From NCBI GenBank assembly GCA_027622665.1, contig JAQBYT010000012.1:1-64000 (forward strand): a stretch of DNA of 64,000 nucleotides, read 5' to 3'. Below, one piece after another: positions 41,148 to 51,121 of the stretch. The stretch comes from Verrucomicrobiota bacterium (GTDB lineage: Bacteria > Verrucomicrobiota > Verrucomicrobiia > Opitutales > Seribacteraceae). A program made the translations under genes and the position numbers. How positions within the stretch are numbered: the stretch's first letter is position 1; each line of letters opens with the position of its first letter. The notes below the pieces were generated by a model. It made no database searches. It was not told the origin of the DNA and saw only the letters and a list, made by a program, of their open reading frames with translations.

Positions 41148-41343
41148 CTATGGTTTCGGTTCGGATTGGGCCAGTTCCTTTGGCTTGGCCCGGTAGAGAA
41201 AGGAATCGGAGCTTAACAGGGAAATTACCAGAGCCTTGCTTTCGCTCGCCCCCGCCATTGCGTTAAGGAAAGGAAGACCAAGGGTAACGCCCGCCCCCTC
41301 TCAGAAAAGTTCGTCGCTCGAAATGCCAGGATTTGGATGCCAT
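41148..41343 (-). pseudogene. Chimeric remnant: DUF1552 Tat N-terminus joined to a DUF1588-type C-terminus
   Basis: ATG 41343 gives MASKSWHFERRTFLRG, then (+1 G at 41294-41298) AGVTLGLPFLNAMAGASESKAL, then VISLLSSDSFLYRAKPKELAQSEPKP*. The last part matches [11 protein letters not shown] of the 7271 gene. Confidence 0.7.
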
Positions 41344-41355
41344 TGTTCTTTCTTT

Positions 41356-42700
41356 CTATTGTCTCTTTGAAAACGTCTCGCTTGAAACGATCTTCCCAAT
41401 CAATTCCGGTACAGAGTAGTGACTTCCCTCAAAGTGGTCAACCAACTCGTTCACCAGTTCTTCATCGTGAAAATCGAGGTTTCTTGAGAGCCCGAAGGCT
41501 AGAATCCGTTCAACCAGACCTTTGGCAAAATCTCTTTTCCGATGATTGACGAGATACTCCTTTAGTTTTTCGATTCCGTCAACCTCCGCTCCATCCGGCA
41601 GGGTGGCTTTGCACTCGATCTCCAAATAACTTTTTTCGAATGAGGGTTTCTTTGCCTTTTTTTGCTCGCTCTCCTGATCCTTCGGCAGACCGGATGTTTT
41701 TGAGACAACCAAGACTTTAGTTCGCCAAAGCCCGCTTGCGTCAAAATTTTCAAAGGGTATTCCCCATGGGTCGATTTTCCGATGGCAACTCCGGCAGGCT
41801 TCGTTGTCCCGATGGGCAAAGAGCTTTTGATTAAGGGTCATCTTGTTGAACCCGGGATGCTTTCATCGAGCGGCGGAATGTTTGCGGGCGGATCGGGAGG
41901 TGGTTCGTGAAGGATCACATCGGCAAGCCAAACGCCGCGCAGAATGGCATGAGAATTCATGCCGTCGGAATTGCCGATTAGAAATGTGCCTTGGGTCCGC
42001 AAACCACCTCGGTGAGATGTTTCATCCACAGCGACCTTTTGGAATTCTTCTCCTCTTACGCCCCTAAGCTTGTAAAAACCAGCCAAAGTCTGGTTCACGA
42101 AAACATGATCCGCCTTCAGCAAGTTCAGTGCGGAGGAACCGCTCCGAAAGACGTCGTTAACGGCTTCGTAGGTTTCCCTATGCATCAGTTCCTTGATCGT
42201 ATCCTTGAATCGGGGTAGTAGTTACGATCAACGGCGACATTACCCAGTTGCGAGGTTAGTAACCATTGGTCGGCAAAACGCTCCACCCATCTCCTCGATT
42301 TCTCATCTTTCAACATTCGCTTCACTTGAGATTCCAGTTCCGAGGGTTGGGTCAGCAGCCCTTCGGCAGCGGCCTTGATCCAGGGTCCGTCGGGAACCGA
42401 ACACCACAAGAAAAAAGCGAGTCGCTCAGCCAGTTTGAAGTTCGCATTTTCTTCCGCCCCGAGATTTCCCGGAAGTCCAAGATAATAAGAACTTGAGAGA
42501 ACACAAGATCTCCTTGTAGGCGCTCAGCAAGGCCATGGACGGAGATTCCACTTGAGCATGACGCTGATAAACTTGATGGTACTTTTTAAGTTCCGCCCCG
42601 GTGGGCGTTCTCCGAAAGGCTTTCGTGACGAAAGAAGAAATCTTCAGGTAAACCTCTTGTTTAACTTCGGATTTCCCGAGGTCATGAGGAATCAAAGTCT
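41356..42700 (-). pseudogene. 5'-truncated, multiply frameshifted DUF1592/DUF1588 gene
   Basis: Successive frames give FVTKAFRR...EILCSLKFL; WCSVPD...FADQWL; FVNQTLAGFY...HAILRGVW...PPPDPP; HRDNEACRSCHRKIDPWG...SETF. Confidence 0.85.
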
Positions 42701-42933
42701 TCGGCAACTGGGTCGAATCGTGCCGCGCGGGCAAACAGGCTTTGTCCAACTTCGGCGTCGCGGGCCCGTACACCGAAACCCTTTTCATGGCCTCGATCTC
42801 CAGTCGAGTCCCGGGCCAGAAGTTGATCCGGGACAGCAAGAACGTGCGCTTCACGAACAGCGACGAGGCAAACGAGTTGGTCAAGCCGGACTGCCGCAAA
42901 GGCTGGGGGTTGCCCGAGCTGAAAGATGTGTGA
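42700..42933 (+). pseudogene. C-terminal fragment of a Gfo/Idh/MocA oxidoreductase
   Basis: FGNWVESCRAGKQALSNFGVAGPYTE...FTNSDEANELVKPDCRKGW aligns by eye with the C-terminus of the intact 57963 protein (ANFSYAGPLSE...KYRKGW). Confidence 0.75.
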
Positions 42934-43318
42934 TGGCGATCAACGAATGGGGGTAAGCTCGACGGGGAAACGATCAGCGAGGAAGACACCTGAAAACCAG
43001 GGTAGCCCACCATGCAGGACCCCTACGGCAACTACCGCTTACCCCGCTCCTTGTAAGCGAAAGGGTTTCCATATTCTTGAAATTCGACAGCGCGGAAAGT
43101 AGCTGCTTCTTCTCGTCCTGCATGTTAGTTTCGTAGTCACACTGCGGGTGCCGCGCAAGTGCAAGTCATGAGGGAATTAGCTTTAGTTACTCCTTGAGGT
43201 CGGAGGGTGCATGTAATCCCTATTTCTGGTTGCCTCAAAAGCATGATTTAAAGAAACTCCCGTGCATAGGTATATGTGCGTTGAATTATTGTGTTTAACA
43301 AATTGAGATGATAAGCCG

Positions 43319-45334
43319 ATGATAAAATATTTTAACGCAATGATGGTTCTGGCGATACTGCTGGGCGTCTCGGCGTTGCGCGGGGCGGAGGTGCGTTATG
43401 AATTGTCCATCACCGAGAAAATTATTTCGCCGACCGGACGGCGCGTGAAGGCGCTGGTGATCAACGATGGCATCCCCGGGCCGGTGCTGCGCTTTCGCGT
43501 GGGCGACACCGCGCGCATCCGCGTGCACAACCGGCTACCGAAGGACGAGACGCTGCTGCACTGGCACGGGCTGCTGCTGCCCAATATTCAGGACGGCGTT
43601 CCGGACTTGACCAAGCCGCCGATTCCCTCCGGGAAATTCTGGGACTACGAGTTTGAGCTGAAACACGCCGGCACGTACTGGTATCACTCGCACGTGGGCT
43701 TGCAGGAGCAGCGTGGGATTTATGGCGCCATCGTGGTGGAGCCCGCTGAGCCGCGGGGGCCGAAAGTGGACCGCGAGCACGTGGTGGTGCTGAGCGACTG
43801 GACCGACGAGCATCCCGACAAGGTAATGCGCACGCTGCGGCGCGGCGATGAGTGGTACGCCATCCGGAAGCGCAACATGCAGTCGTTGTGGGGCGCGCAT
43901 TTGGCTGGCGAGTTGAAGGAATATCTCTCGCGCGAATGGCTACGCATGCCGGCGATGGATATTTCCGACGTGGCCTACGACAAGTTTTGGGCCAACGGCT
44001 TGGAGCGCATTCAGCTTGCCGGCACGGGCGGCGAGAAAATTAAGCTTCGGTTTATTAACGCCGGCGCGTCCACATATTTTTATGTGCACTCGGCGACGGG
44101 GCCGCTCACGGTGGTGGAGGCCGACGGCATGCCGGTGGAGCCGATTACCGTAAAGCGCCTGCTGATGGGCATGGGCGAAACATATGACGTCATCGTCACG
44201 CTACCGGAGCGCGGCCGCTACGAGGTGCGGGCCTCGGCGCAGGATGGCTCGGGGCACGCGTCCATTTTCCTCGGGGCGGGCCCGGAGCACTTGGCACCGA
44301 ATATTCCCAAGCCGAATCTTTACTCGTTGGACTGGATGCTCGCCGGACTCGATGCCGCCGATAAACCCATCGACGCGCCGGAGGAGCCGCGGCCGCTTTC
44401 GCCCTATCGCAAGCTGCGGTCCACCGTGCGCACGCATCCGCCGGCGGATTGGCCGGTGCGCGAAATCGAGCTGCGACTCACCGGCGACATGCAGCGCTAT
44501 ATTTGGTCGTTCAACGGCAAGACGCTCCTGGATGAAACGACCATCCCCGTGAAACGCGGTGAGGTGTTGCGGATGAAATTTATCAACGACACGATGATGC
44601 ACCACCCGCTGCATTTGCACGGGCATTTTTTCCGGTTGCTCAACCGGCAGGATGCCTTCGCGCCGCTCAAGCACACGGTGGACGTGCCGCCGATGGGCAG
44701 GGCGGCGATTGAGTTTGAGGCGAATGAAACGGGCGACTGGTTTTTTCACTGCCATATGCTCTACCACATGAAGGCCGGCATGACGCGGGTCATCAGCTAC
44801 GTCGAGCAGGGCCCCGGGCATCGGCCCAATTTGGATTATAAAAAAATGAATCCGTGGATGTTTAATATCAAGTCAACCGTGCAGAGCAATTTCACCGAGG
44901 GCCACGCCGGTGGGATGAACGCCCGCAACAACGTGGGCGTGGATTGGGAGCGCAGCTTCGACAGCGAAGACGAGCACGAGCTGGACCTCGTGTGGAAGCG
45001 CTACCACAATCGCAACCTCACCAGCGTGTACGGCTACCGCTTCACCAACGAACACAGCGCGAAGGACCACGCTTTCGCCAGTGTGAAATACCGCCTGCCC
45101 TTCATGGTCGCCAGCACGCTCACGGTCGATTCCGAAGGCGACCTGCGCCCCGGCCTCGCCAAGGAACTCCAGCTCACCAGTCGCCTTAGCTGGGAAAACA
45201 AAATCGAGTACGACACCCACTCCAAGTGGGAATGGAACAGCGGGATCAAGTACCGGTTGAGCAAGCCATTTTCAATCACCGGCGGCTACCACTCCGAATA
45301 CGGCTTCGGTGCCGGCCTGAATTTCATCTGGTAA
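43319..45334 (+). CDS. Multicopper oxidase (CopA/PcoA-like) with predicted C-terminal outer-membrane beta-barrel
   Basis: All four Cu motifs are present: HWHG, WYHSH, HPLHLHGH, HCHMLYHM. It has a Sec signal, and the last ~160 aa are amphipathic beta-strand-like, ending GAGLNFIW. Confidence 0.88.
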   Translation: MIKYFNAMMVLAILLGVSALRGAEVRYELSITEKIISPTGRRVKALVINDGIPGPVLRFRVGDTARIRVHNRLPKDETLLHWHGLLLPNIQDGVPDLTKPPIPSGKFWDYEFELKHAGTYWYHSHVGLQEQRGIYGAIVVEPAEPRGPKVDREHVVVLSDWTDEHPDKVMRTLRRGDEWYAIRKRNMQSLWGAHLAGELKEYLSREWLRMPAMDISDVAYDKFWANGLERIQLAGTGGEKIKLRFINAGASTYFYVHSATGPLTVVEADGMPVEPITVKRLLMGMGETYDVIVTLPERGRYEVRASAQDGSGHASIFLGAGPEHLAPNIPKPNLYSLDWMLAGLDAADKPIDAPEEPRPLSPYRKLRSTVRTHPPADWPVREIELRLTGDMQRYIWSFNGKTLLDETTIPVKRGEVLRMKFINDTMMHHPLHLHGHFFRLLNRQDAFAPLKHTVDVPPMGRAAIEFEANETGDWFFHCHMLYHMKAGMTRVISYVEQGPGHRPNLDYKKMNPWMFNIKSTVQSNFTEGHAGGMNARNNVGVDWERSFDSEDEHELDLVWKRYHNRNLTSVYGYRFTNEHSAKDHAFASVKYRLPFMVASTLTVDSEGDLRPGLAKELQLTSRLSWENKIEYDTHSKWEWNSGIKYRLSKPFSITGGYHSEYGFGAGLNFIW

Positions 45335-45361
45335 ACAAAACTCGCAACATATAGGAAAATA

Positions 45362-45607
45362 ATGAAACAAATACTACTACTAGCCGCCGCCATCCTGCTC
45401 CTGCAGGGCTGCAATACCACCGGGACATTCACGAACGCCAAGCCTTACCCCTTGGATAACTGCATCGTGTCCGAGAACGAACTCGGCTCCATGGGCAAGC
45501 CCGTGCAAATCGTCCACGAAGGGCAGTTGATAAAATTCTGCTGCAAACCCTGCATCAAGAAATTCAAGAAAAACCCGGCCAAATATTTGGTGCGGCTGAA
45601 ACAGTAG
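45362..45607 (+). CDS. Small YHS/TRASH-like metal-binding lipoprotein
   Basis: AGGA RBS; lipobox LLQGC; PYPLDNCIVS...KFCCKPCIKKFKKNPAKY. Confidence 0.75.
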   Translation: MKQILLLAAAILLLQGCNTTGTFTNAKPYPLDNCIVSENELGSMGKPVQIVHEGQLIKFCCKPCIKKFKKNPAKYLVRLKQ

Positions 45608-45624
45608 GCGTCAACCACGTCAAA

Positions 45625-45839
45625 ATATCCTTGGCCACGTGGACGTGGACGTCGCAGAGCGCGACAATATTCTCGCCTCGGCAGTTCCCGAGGTTGCCCT
45701 TCCCCATGCCGCCGATACCGATCCCCGCGACATTCAGTTTTTCACTTGGCGGCTTCTCGGTTTTGCTGGCGCCAACGACGTAGCTCGGCACGATCGAGAA
45801 CAAAGTGATCATGGGCTACACCAGCCCGGACAAGGACTT
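45625..45839 (-). pseudogene. N-terminal fragment of a Gfo/Idh/MocA oxidoreductase
   Basis: FSIVPSYVVGAS (tail of a Tat leader), then PPSEKLNVAGIGIGGMGKGNL...IVALCDV, then loss of similarity. TAG at 45816-45818 lies in the leader. Confidence 0.75.
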
Positions 45840-46350
45840 GTGCGGAGCCCGGGCGGAAATGTTCATCAAGGCGTCGCGGGCCCCCGATGCCATGCCTACG
45901 CCCATCCAAGGCAACATTCCGGGCTTGGCTTGGCCCAACTGGTAATCGATGGTGACGTTCTGGGGCGAAGTGTTGGCGCCGGAAACCCGACACATGCCAA
46001 GACACCCCCCCGTGAGTGGAATGCCCGCCTCCCGTGCATCGGCCAGATAAGCCCTGTAAGATCGTAGTCTTTGACTTCAGCGATTCCAAGGGAGCCAGGC
46101 CCTTGGGCAACTTGTGTTCGGAGAGGTCGATGGACTCGAACTTGTCACGGTCCTCGTATTTCTGAAAAGGGATGCTCTCGGGGCAGGCTTGGACGGCATC
46201 GAAACCGTTGCTCTGGATGACGAATACGAAGCGCGGGGCGCTCGTTTTGCCCTCCGCGTTGGCCAACACGCGTTGGGCCATAAGAGGGGGAAGCATGACC
46301 CCGGATCCTAAAGTTAAACCCTTAAGTATCTCACTGCGTGAAGCTAACAT
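45831..46350 (-). pseudogene. 5' half of a module-2-type DUF1552 gene
   Basis: Degenerate Tat SRSEILKG; PRFVFVIQSNGF; +1 G at 46005-46011; then CLG...TIDYQLG...NISA, matching TIDYELS...NLSA of the 5961 gene. Truncated at ~45835. Confidence 0.75.
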
Positions 46351-46498
46351 AATTAAATTCTCTAACGACCGACTAATAGAACACCGTCAAATGTTTGGGA
46401 CAATCTTTAATTAAAAATCTAACATGAAGGTTTATCCCTTCTACGGCTTCTACCCTCAACTCATCGAATCCAAGTACAATGAAAGTTAAAGGACGCGA

Positions 46499-47656
46499 TC
46501 AAGGCAGAGGCGTATTAGCCGGCACCGCGTTTTCGGGATACTTGCCCTTGAATACCATCATTTGTTTTTCCGACTCCATTACCACGAAAGATTCATCGAC
46601 GCTACCGTCGTCACCGGTGACACGGGACAGATCAAGTTTGAGGTGTTTCGCCAGAAAAGGATAGGCTGCCATGCGCTTGGACGTCCCGTAGTCGTGGCCC
46701 TCCTCCTTGAAATGGGCGTTTCCCAGGCGATCCGTAGCACCATAGAGTCCATAGACGTGGCGAACGAATGGATACTCGTTCTCCGGAGTCTTCTGCGTCC
46801 AGTCCTTGCCGTTGGAAACGATCAACTGCGGACGAGGGGCAGCCAAGGCGGCAATCTCGGCGTTATTGGTCTTGTGAGTATTGCTCCAGTGGATAGGCAT
46901 TCCACTCTCACAAACACAGCCGCCAAAGAAATGGGCTGACACTTGACAAACTGGCACGGATACGGAAACCCTCTCATCCAAGGCCGACAATATAAAGGTC
47001 TGCGTTCCTCCACCTGAACAGCCGGTCATCCCGATCCGTTTCGGGTCGACGTTGGGGAGGCTGATAAGGAAATCGAGGGCACGCATGCTATTCCAAGTCT
47101 GCAACCGAAGGATCTCGGGAGTCTTCCGATGGTTCCAACCCACCAGCTTGGAGTCCCCATATCCAATCATGTCGTAGAGAAATACGGCGGCGCCCATCCG
47201 AGCCAGTACCGCGCAACGAGCCTGACGGGACTCCTTAAAGCGACCGCCGTGTCCATGGGGGCAGAGGATGCCGGCAAGCCTGCCCTTGAAATCAGTAGGG
47301 CGATATAGGGTTCCGGTGACGTAATGTCCGGGCGAACTCTCAATCGCCACGTTTTCCGCCATGTAACCGGGCCGAATGCGTTTACTGACAAAACGTGGAT
47401 TGAGAGGCGTACGCCTGGGAAGCTTTTCCAGTTTGGCTCCGGCCAAAATACCTGCCAGTACCCGCTCCCTGCGCTTCGTCCAACTCTTTAGGTCAGGAAC
47501 GGAATTGCGAATGGCGTCCAGTTCCGCTCGAGCCTCCTCGGGTTTCTGGGCATAGCCGACTCGAAGACGCGGTTTCTCCGCCGCTTCAATAGCAATGGAA
47601 AACAAGAGAAGGACGACGGAAAGAATGGAGGTGCGGTGGATAGACATGGTTCTCAT
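46499..47656 (-). CDS. Exported acetylxylan-esterase-like alpha/beta hydrolase
   Basis: Signal peptide; [38 protein letters not shown]. The start is uncertain (47686/47656/47647). Confidence 0.78.
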   Translation of the reverse strand: MRTMSIHRTSILSVVLLLFSIAIEAAEKPRLRVGYAQKPEEARAELDAIRNSVPDLKSWTKRRERVLAGILAGAKLEKLPRRTPLNPRFVSKRIRPGYMAENVAIESSPGHYVTGTLYRPTDFKGRLAGILCPHGHGGRFKESRQARCAVLARMGAAVFLYDMIGYGDSKLVGWNHRKTPEILRLQTWNSMRALDFLISLPNVDPKRIGMTGCSGGGTQTFILSALDERVSVSVPVCQVSAHFFGGCVCESGMPIHWSNTHKTNNAEIAALAAPRPQLIVSNGKDWTQKTPENEYPFVRHVYGLYGATDRLGNAHFKEEGHDYGTSKRMAAYPFLAKHLKLDLSRVTGDDGSVDESFVVMESEKQMMVFKGKYPENAVPANTPLP

Positions 47657-47672
47657 GATGTTTACGAATTCA

Positions 47673-48053
47673 TTACTGGAAATCATAGACTATGATTTTG
47701 CTGACCAAGGGAACAAGTACATCCCTCTTGGCTTTCCGGTGGATCGGATGTTCCAAATATTCAGTCAAGCTTTTGGCATCCGCCACGACGATTAGGATGC
47801 CGACGTCGAAACTGTCGTCGACAATTGAACGGTCGCTCGGAATTACTTGCCCTGCTCGAGCTTCCAAGACTCCGGGGATATTCCGGAAGGTTTTCGTGAC
47901 CTCCACGATTCGCTCGCGGGCCTCAAGGTTACCTGAATCCTTTAGCCAGCAAAGAACAACATGGTGCAGAGCTTTATCTTTGAAAGATGAGTCTTTCTCA
48001 ATGGAAACGCATCCGAATAGCAGTAAAGGAGTTAAAACTGATAAATATTTCAT
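47673..48053 (-). CDS. Dabb (stress-responsive A/B barrel) family lipoprotein
   Basis: Lipobox [30 protein letters not shown]. Confidence 0.75.
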   Translation of the reverse strand: MKYLSVLTPLLLFGCVSIEKDSSFKDKALHHVVLCWLKDSGNLEARERIVEVTKTFRNIPGVLEARAGQVIPSDRSIVDDSFDVGILIVVADAKSLTEYLEHPIHRKAKRDVLVPLVSKIIVYDFQ

Positions 48054-48454
48054 GGTGAGTAAGATGTTGGAATGAAGTTTGGACAAAAGACAAGAAGGCA
48101 TTAGCGAAAGACAAAGCAGGCTAAGGTTTTCCCGTTTTCTTGAGCAAGGATTCTCGTAGTGAACGGAAATTCATCTCAATGGAAGATAATTAGAAGGCAG
48201 GCGCTAAGTTTCACATTGAATGGCGATTTGCACCGACCTCCTCACCAACCCCTTTATTCTTGCGATTAAGATGGTTGGCGACTATACAAAAAGCATTAAA
48301 TTTTCTGCTGAGCAATCAGCGCAAGTAGTAAAATCCGCAAGTGCATCTCATTTCGATTCTCTCCTCATGGACCCAAAAAAATCGGATGAACCATCCCAGT
48401 GAAAAGTCTTCAAGTTTTATCATTTATCAAAGGTTTTCCGATTTCTAACTGATC

Positions 48455-51109
48455 ATGCAAGAAGAACTAGATACATTGGAGACACAGGAGTGGATCGACT
48501 CGGTCGCATCCGTCATTCGCGAGGATGGTGTTGAGCGGGCGAAATTTTTGCTGGATAAGGTTTTTGAGAAGGCGTGCCTTTCCGGAGTTGATATGCCGTC
48601 TGGTATTACAACGAATTACATAAACAGTATCCCGACTTCCGAAGAACCCGAATACCCCGGAGATACTGACATCGAACGCCGCATCCGCGCAGTCGTAAGG
48701 TGGAATGCGGTAATGATGGTTCTTCGAGCATCGGAAAAGAATCTGGAACTTGGGGGACACATAGCATCTTACCAATCGTCTTCGGCCTTCTACGAAGTTT
48801 GCTTCAACCACTTTTTTCGCGCGCCAAGCAATGGCGATTCAGGAGATTTGATTTACTACCAAGGTCACATATCCCCGGGCATTTATTCTAGAGCATTTGT
48901 GGAGGGGCGCTTAACCGAGTCCCAGCTTGACCATTTCCGTCAAGAAGTCGATGGCGGGGGTCTTTCATCCTATCCCCACCCCAAGTTGATGCCTGATTTT
49001 TGGCAGTTCCCAACGGTATCAATGGGCTTGGCTCCGATTGCCTCGATCTATCAAGCTCGCTTTATACGTTACTTGAACAACAGAGGCCTCAAAGACACTT
49101 CACGCCAGCGTGTATACTGTTTTGTCGGCGATGGGGAGATGGACGAACCAGAGTCCAAAGGAGGTCTAGCCTTCGCAGCCCGCGAAAAGTTGGATAATCT
49201 TTGTTTTCTAATCAATTGCAACCTGCAGCGCTTGGATGGTCCCGTGATGGGCAACGGTAAGATAATCCAAGAATTGGAGGGTCTCTATCGAGGGGCCGGC
49301 TGGCATGTGATCAAGGTAATTTGGGGAAGTAACTGGGATAAGCTTTTGGCTGAGGACAGTTCGGGGAAATTACTTCAATTGATGAACGAAACTCTGGATG
49401 GCGATTACCAGACTTTAAAGTCAAAGAATGGCGCCTATGTTAGAGAGCACTTCTTCGGAAAGTATCCCGAGACAGCTGCTCTCGTAGCAGACATGAGCGA
49501 CGACGAAATCTTTTCACTGCGCCGAGGTGGACACGAGGTTTCCAAAATCTACGCGGCTTTCAAGCAGGCTCAGGAAATTAAAGATCGTCCAACTGTGATA
49601 CTAGCCAAAACGGTAAAAGGTCATTACATGGGTGGTGCCGCCGAAGGCAAAAACGTCGCCCACCAAGTAAAAAAGATGGACCAGACCTCACTCGCTTACT
49701 TGCGAGATCGCTTGAGACTGGAGGACTTGGTTTCCGATGACGACTTGCCGAATTTGCCGTATCTTCAACTGGAAGAAGGTTCTCCCGAACACAAGTATCT
49801 GCATTCTCGCAGGAAAGAGCTTGGCGGATACGTACCGAGCAGAATCACCCGTTTTTCGGGGGAATTGCAAATGCCGGCTCTTGAGGCATTTGAATCCCTC
49901 CTCTGCGAGCAAAAAAGAGAGATCTCGACCACATTGGCCTTCGTACGGGCTCTCAACATTCTGTTGAAAAATGATGCTATCGGCGATCGGGTCGTACCCA
50001 TAGTCGCGGACGAAGCCAGAACCTTCGGAATGGAAGGTCTATTCCGTCAAATCGGCATCTACAATCCACATGGACAAAACTACGTCCCTCAGGATCGTGA
50101 CGCCGTATCTTACTACAAGGAAGACCGCACGGGGCAGGTGCTACAGGAAGGCATCAACGAAATGGGCGCTATGTCTTCGTGGGTCGCCGCGGCAACTAGC
50201 TACAGCACAAACGATCTGCCCATGGTACCCTTTTTCATATATTATTCCATGTTCGGCTTTCAGCGGGTAGGAGACATGGCTTGGTTGGCAGGAGACCAGC
50301 AGGCTCGAGGTTTTCTCTTAGGAGCTACTGCGGGGCGAACGACCCTAAATGGAGAAGGGCTCCAGCACGAGGACGGTCACAGTCATGTTTTGGCTTCCAC
50401 CGTGCCCAATTGCATAGCCTATGATCCCACCTTCTCGTACGAATTGGCCGTCATTCTTCAAGATGGCCTGAGACGCATGTACGGGCCTGACCAAGAGAAT
50501 GTTTATTACTATCTGACCCTGATGAACGAAACTTATCATCAGCCGGCCATGCCCGATGGCGTAGAGGAAGGAATTCGCAGGGGAATATACAAATTACTTA
50601 GCCACGATGGTGAAAAGTCAAAGGTTCAACTCCTGGGTTCGGGGACAATTCTAAACGAGGTAATCAAGGCCGCCGAAATCTTGAGCGAGGAATACCAAAT
50701 TGCATCGGATGTTTTCAGCGTAACCTCTTTCAACGAACTCGCTCGAGACGGACAGGACGTCGCCAGATACAATATGCTGCATCCCGAGTCCGAACCCCGT
50801 TCCGCATATGTCACCGATGTCATGGGAGAAGAACCTGCCATCGCATCGACTGATTACATCAAGAATCACGCTGAACAGATCAGACCCTACCTTCCCGGTT
50901 CCTCATACAAGGTTCTGGGGACGGATGGCTTCGGTCGTTCCGACAGTCGCTCTAACTTACGTCGTCACTTTGAGGTTAACGCTACATACGTTGTAGTTGC
51001 CGCCCTGCACGAGTTGTCTAAGCGAGGCGATGTGGAAAAGAGTCTCGTCTCTGAAGCCATCGATAAATTTGGTATCGACGTCGACATCACCAATCCTCTC
51101 TTCGCTTAG
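48455..51109 (+). CDS. aceE: Pyruvate dehydrogenase E1, homodimeric type
   Basis: LGGHIASY; QGHISPGIY; FWQFPTVSMGL; GDGEMDEPES (ThDP motif); DEARTFGMEGLFRQ; LGTDGFGRSD. Confidence 0.97.
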   Translation: MQEELDTLETQEWIDSVASVIREDGVERAKFLLDKVFEKACLSGVDMPSGITTNYINSIPTSEEPEYPGDTDIERRIRAVVRWNAVMMVLRASEKNLELGGHIASYQSSSAFYEVCFNHFFRAPSNGDSGDLIYYQGHISPGIYSRAFVEGRLTESQLDHFRQEVDGGGLSSYPHPKLMPDFWQFPTVSMGLAPIASIYQARFIRYLNNRGLKDTSRQRVYCFVGDGEMDEPESKGGLAFAAREKLDNLCFLINCNLQRLDGPVMGNGKIIQELEGLYRGAGWHVIKVIWGSNWDKLLAEDSSGKLLQLMNETLDGDYQTLKSKNGAYVREHFFGKYPETAALVADMSDDEIFSLRRGGHEVSKIYAAFKQAQEIKDRPTVILAKTVKGHYMGGAAEGKNVAHQVKKMDQTSLAYLRDRLRLEDLVSDDDLPNLPYLQLEEGSPEHKYLHSRRKELGGYVPSRITRFSGELQMPALEAFESLLCEQKREISTTLAFVRALNILLKNDAIGDRVVPIVADEARTFGMEGLFRQIGIYNPHGQNYVPQDRDAVSYYKEDRTGQVLQEGINEMGAMSSWVAAATSYSTNDLPMVPFFIYYSMFGFQRVGDMAWLAGDQQARGFLLGATAGRTTLNGEGLQHEDGHSHVLASTVPNCIAYDPTFSYELAVILQDGLRRMYGPDQENVYYYLTLMNETYHQPAMPDGVEEGIRRGIYKLLSHDGEKSKVQLLGSGTILNEVIKAAEILSEEYQIASDVFSVTSFNELARDGQDVARYNMLHPESEPRSAYVTDVMGEEPAIASTDYIKNHAEQIRPYLPGSSYKVLGTDGFGRSDSRSNLRRHFEVNATYVVVAALHELSKRGDVEKSLVSEAIDKFGIDVDITNPLFA

Positions 51110-51121
51110 AGAGAATAAGCC

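Noticed and set aside
42933..43100. Stop-interrupted frame after the Gfo fragment (MAINEWGKLDGE...QDPYGNYR)
   Set aside because: It may be another decayed gene, but no family could be supported.
41294..46011. G-run frameshifts (G5 at 41294, G7 at 46005) as phase-variation switches
   Set aside because: Both genes are also truncated, so slippage could not restore a product.
46424..46489. 21-aa ORF MKVYPFYGFYPQLIESKYNES
   Set aside because: No clear RBS or homology; indistinguishable from chance.
48102..48454. PdhR operator or small ORF (48220-48402) upstream of aceE
   Set aside because: No AATTGGT-n3-ACCAATT palindrome was found, and the ORF has no motif.
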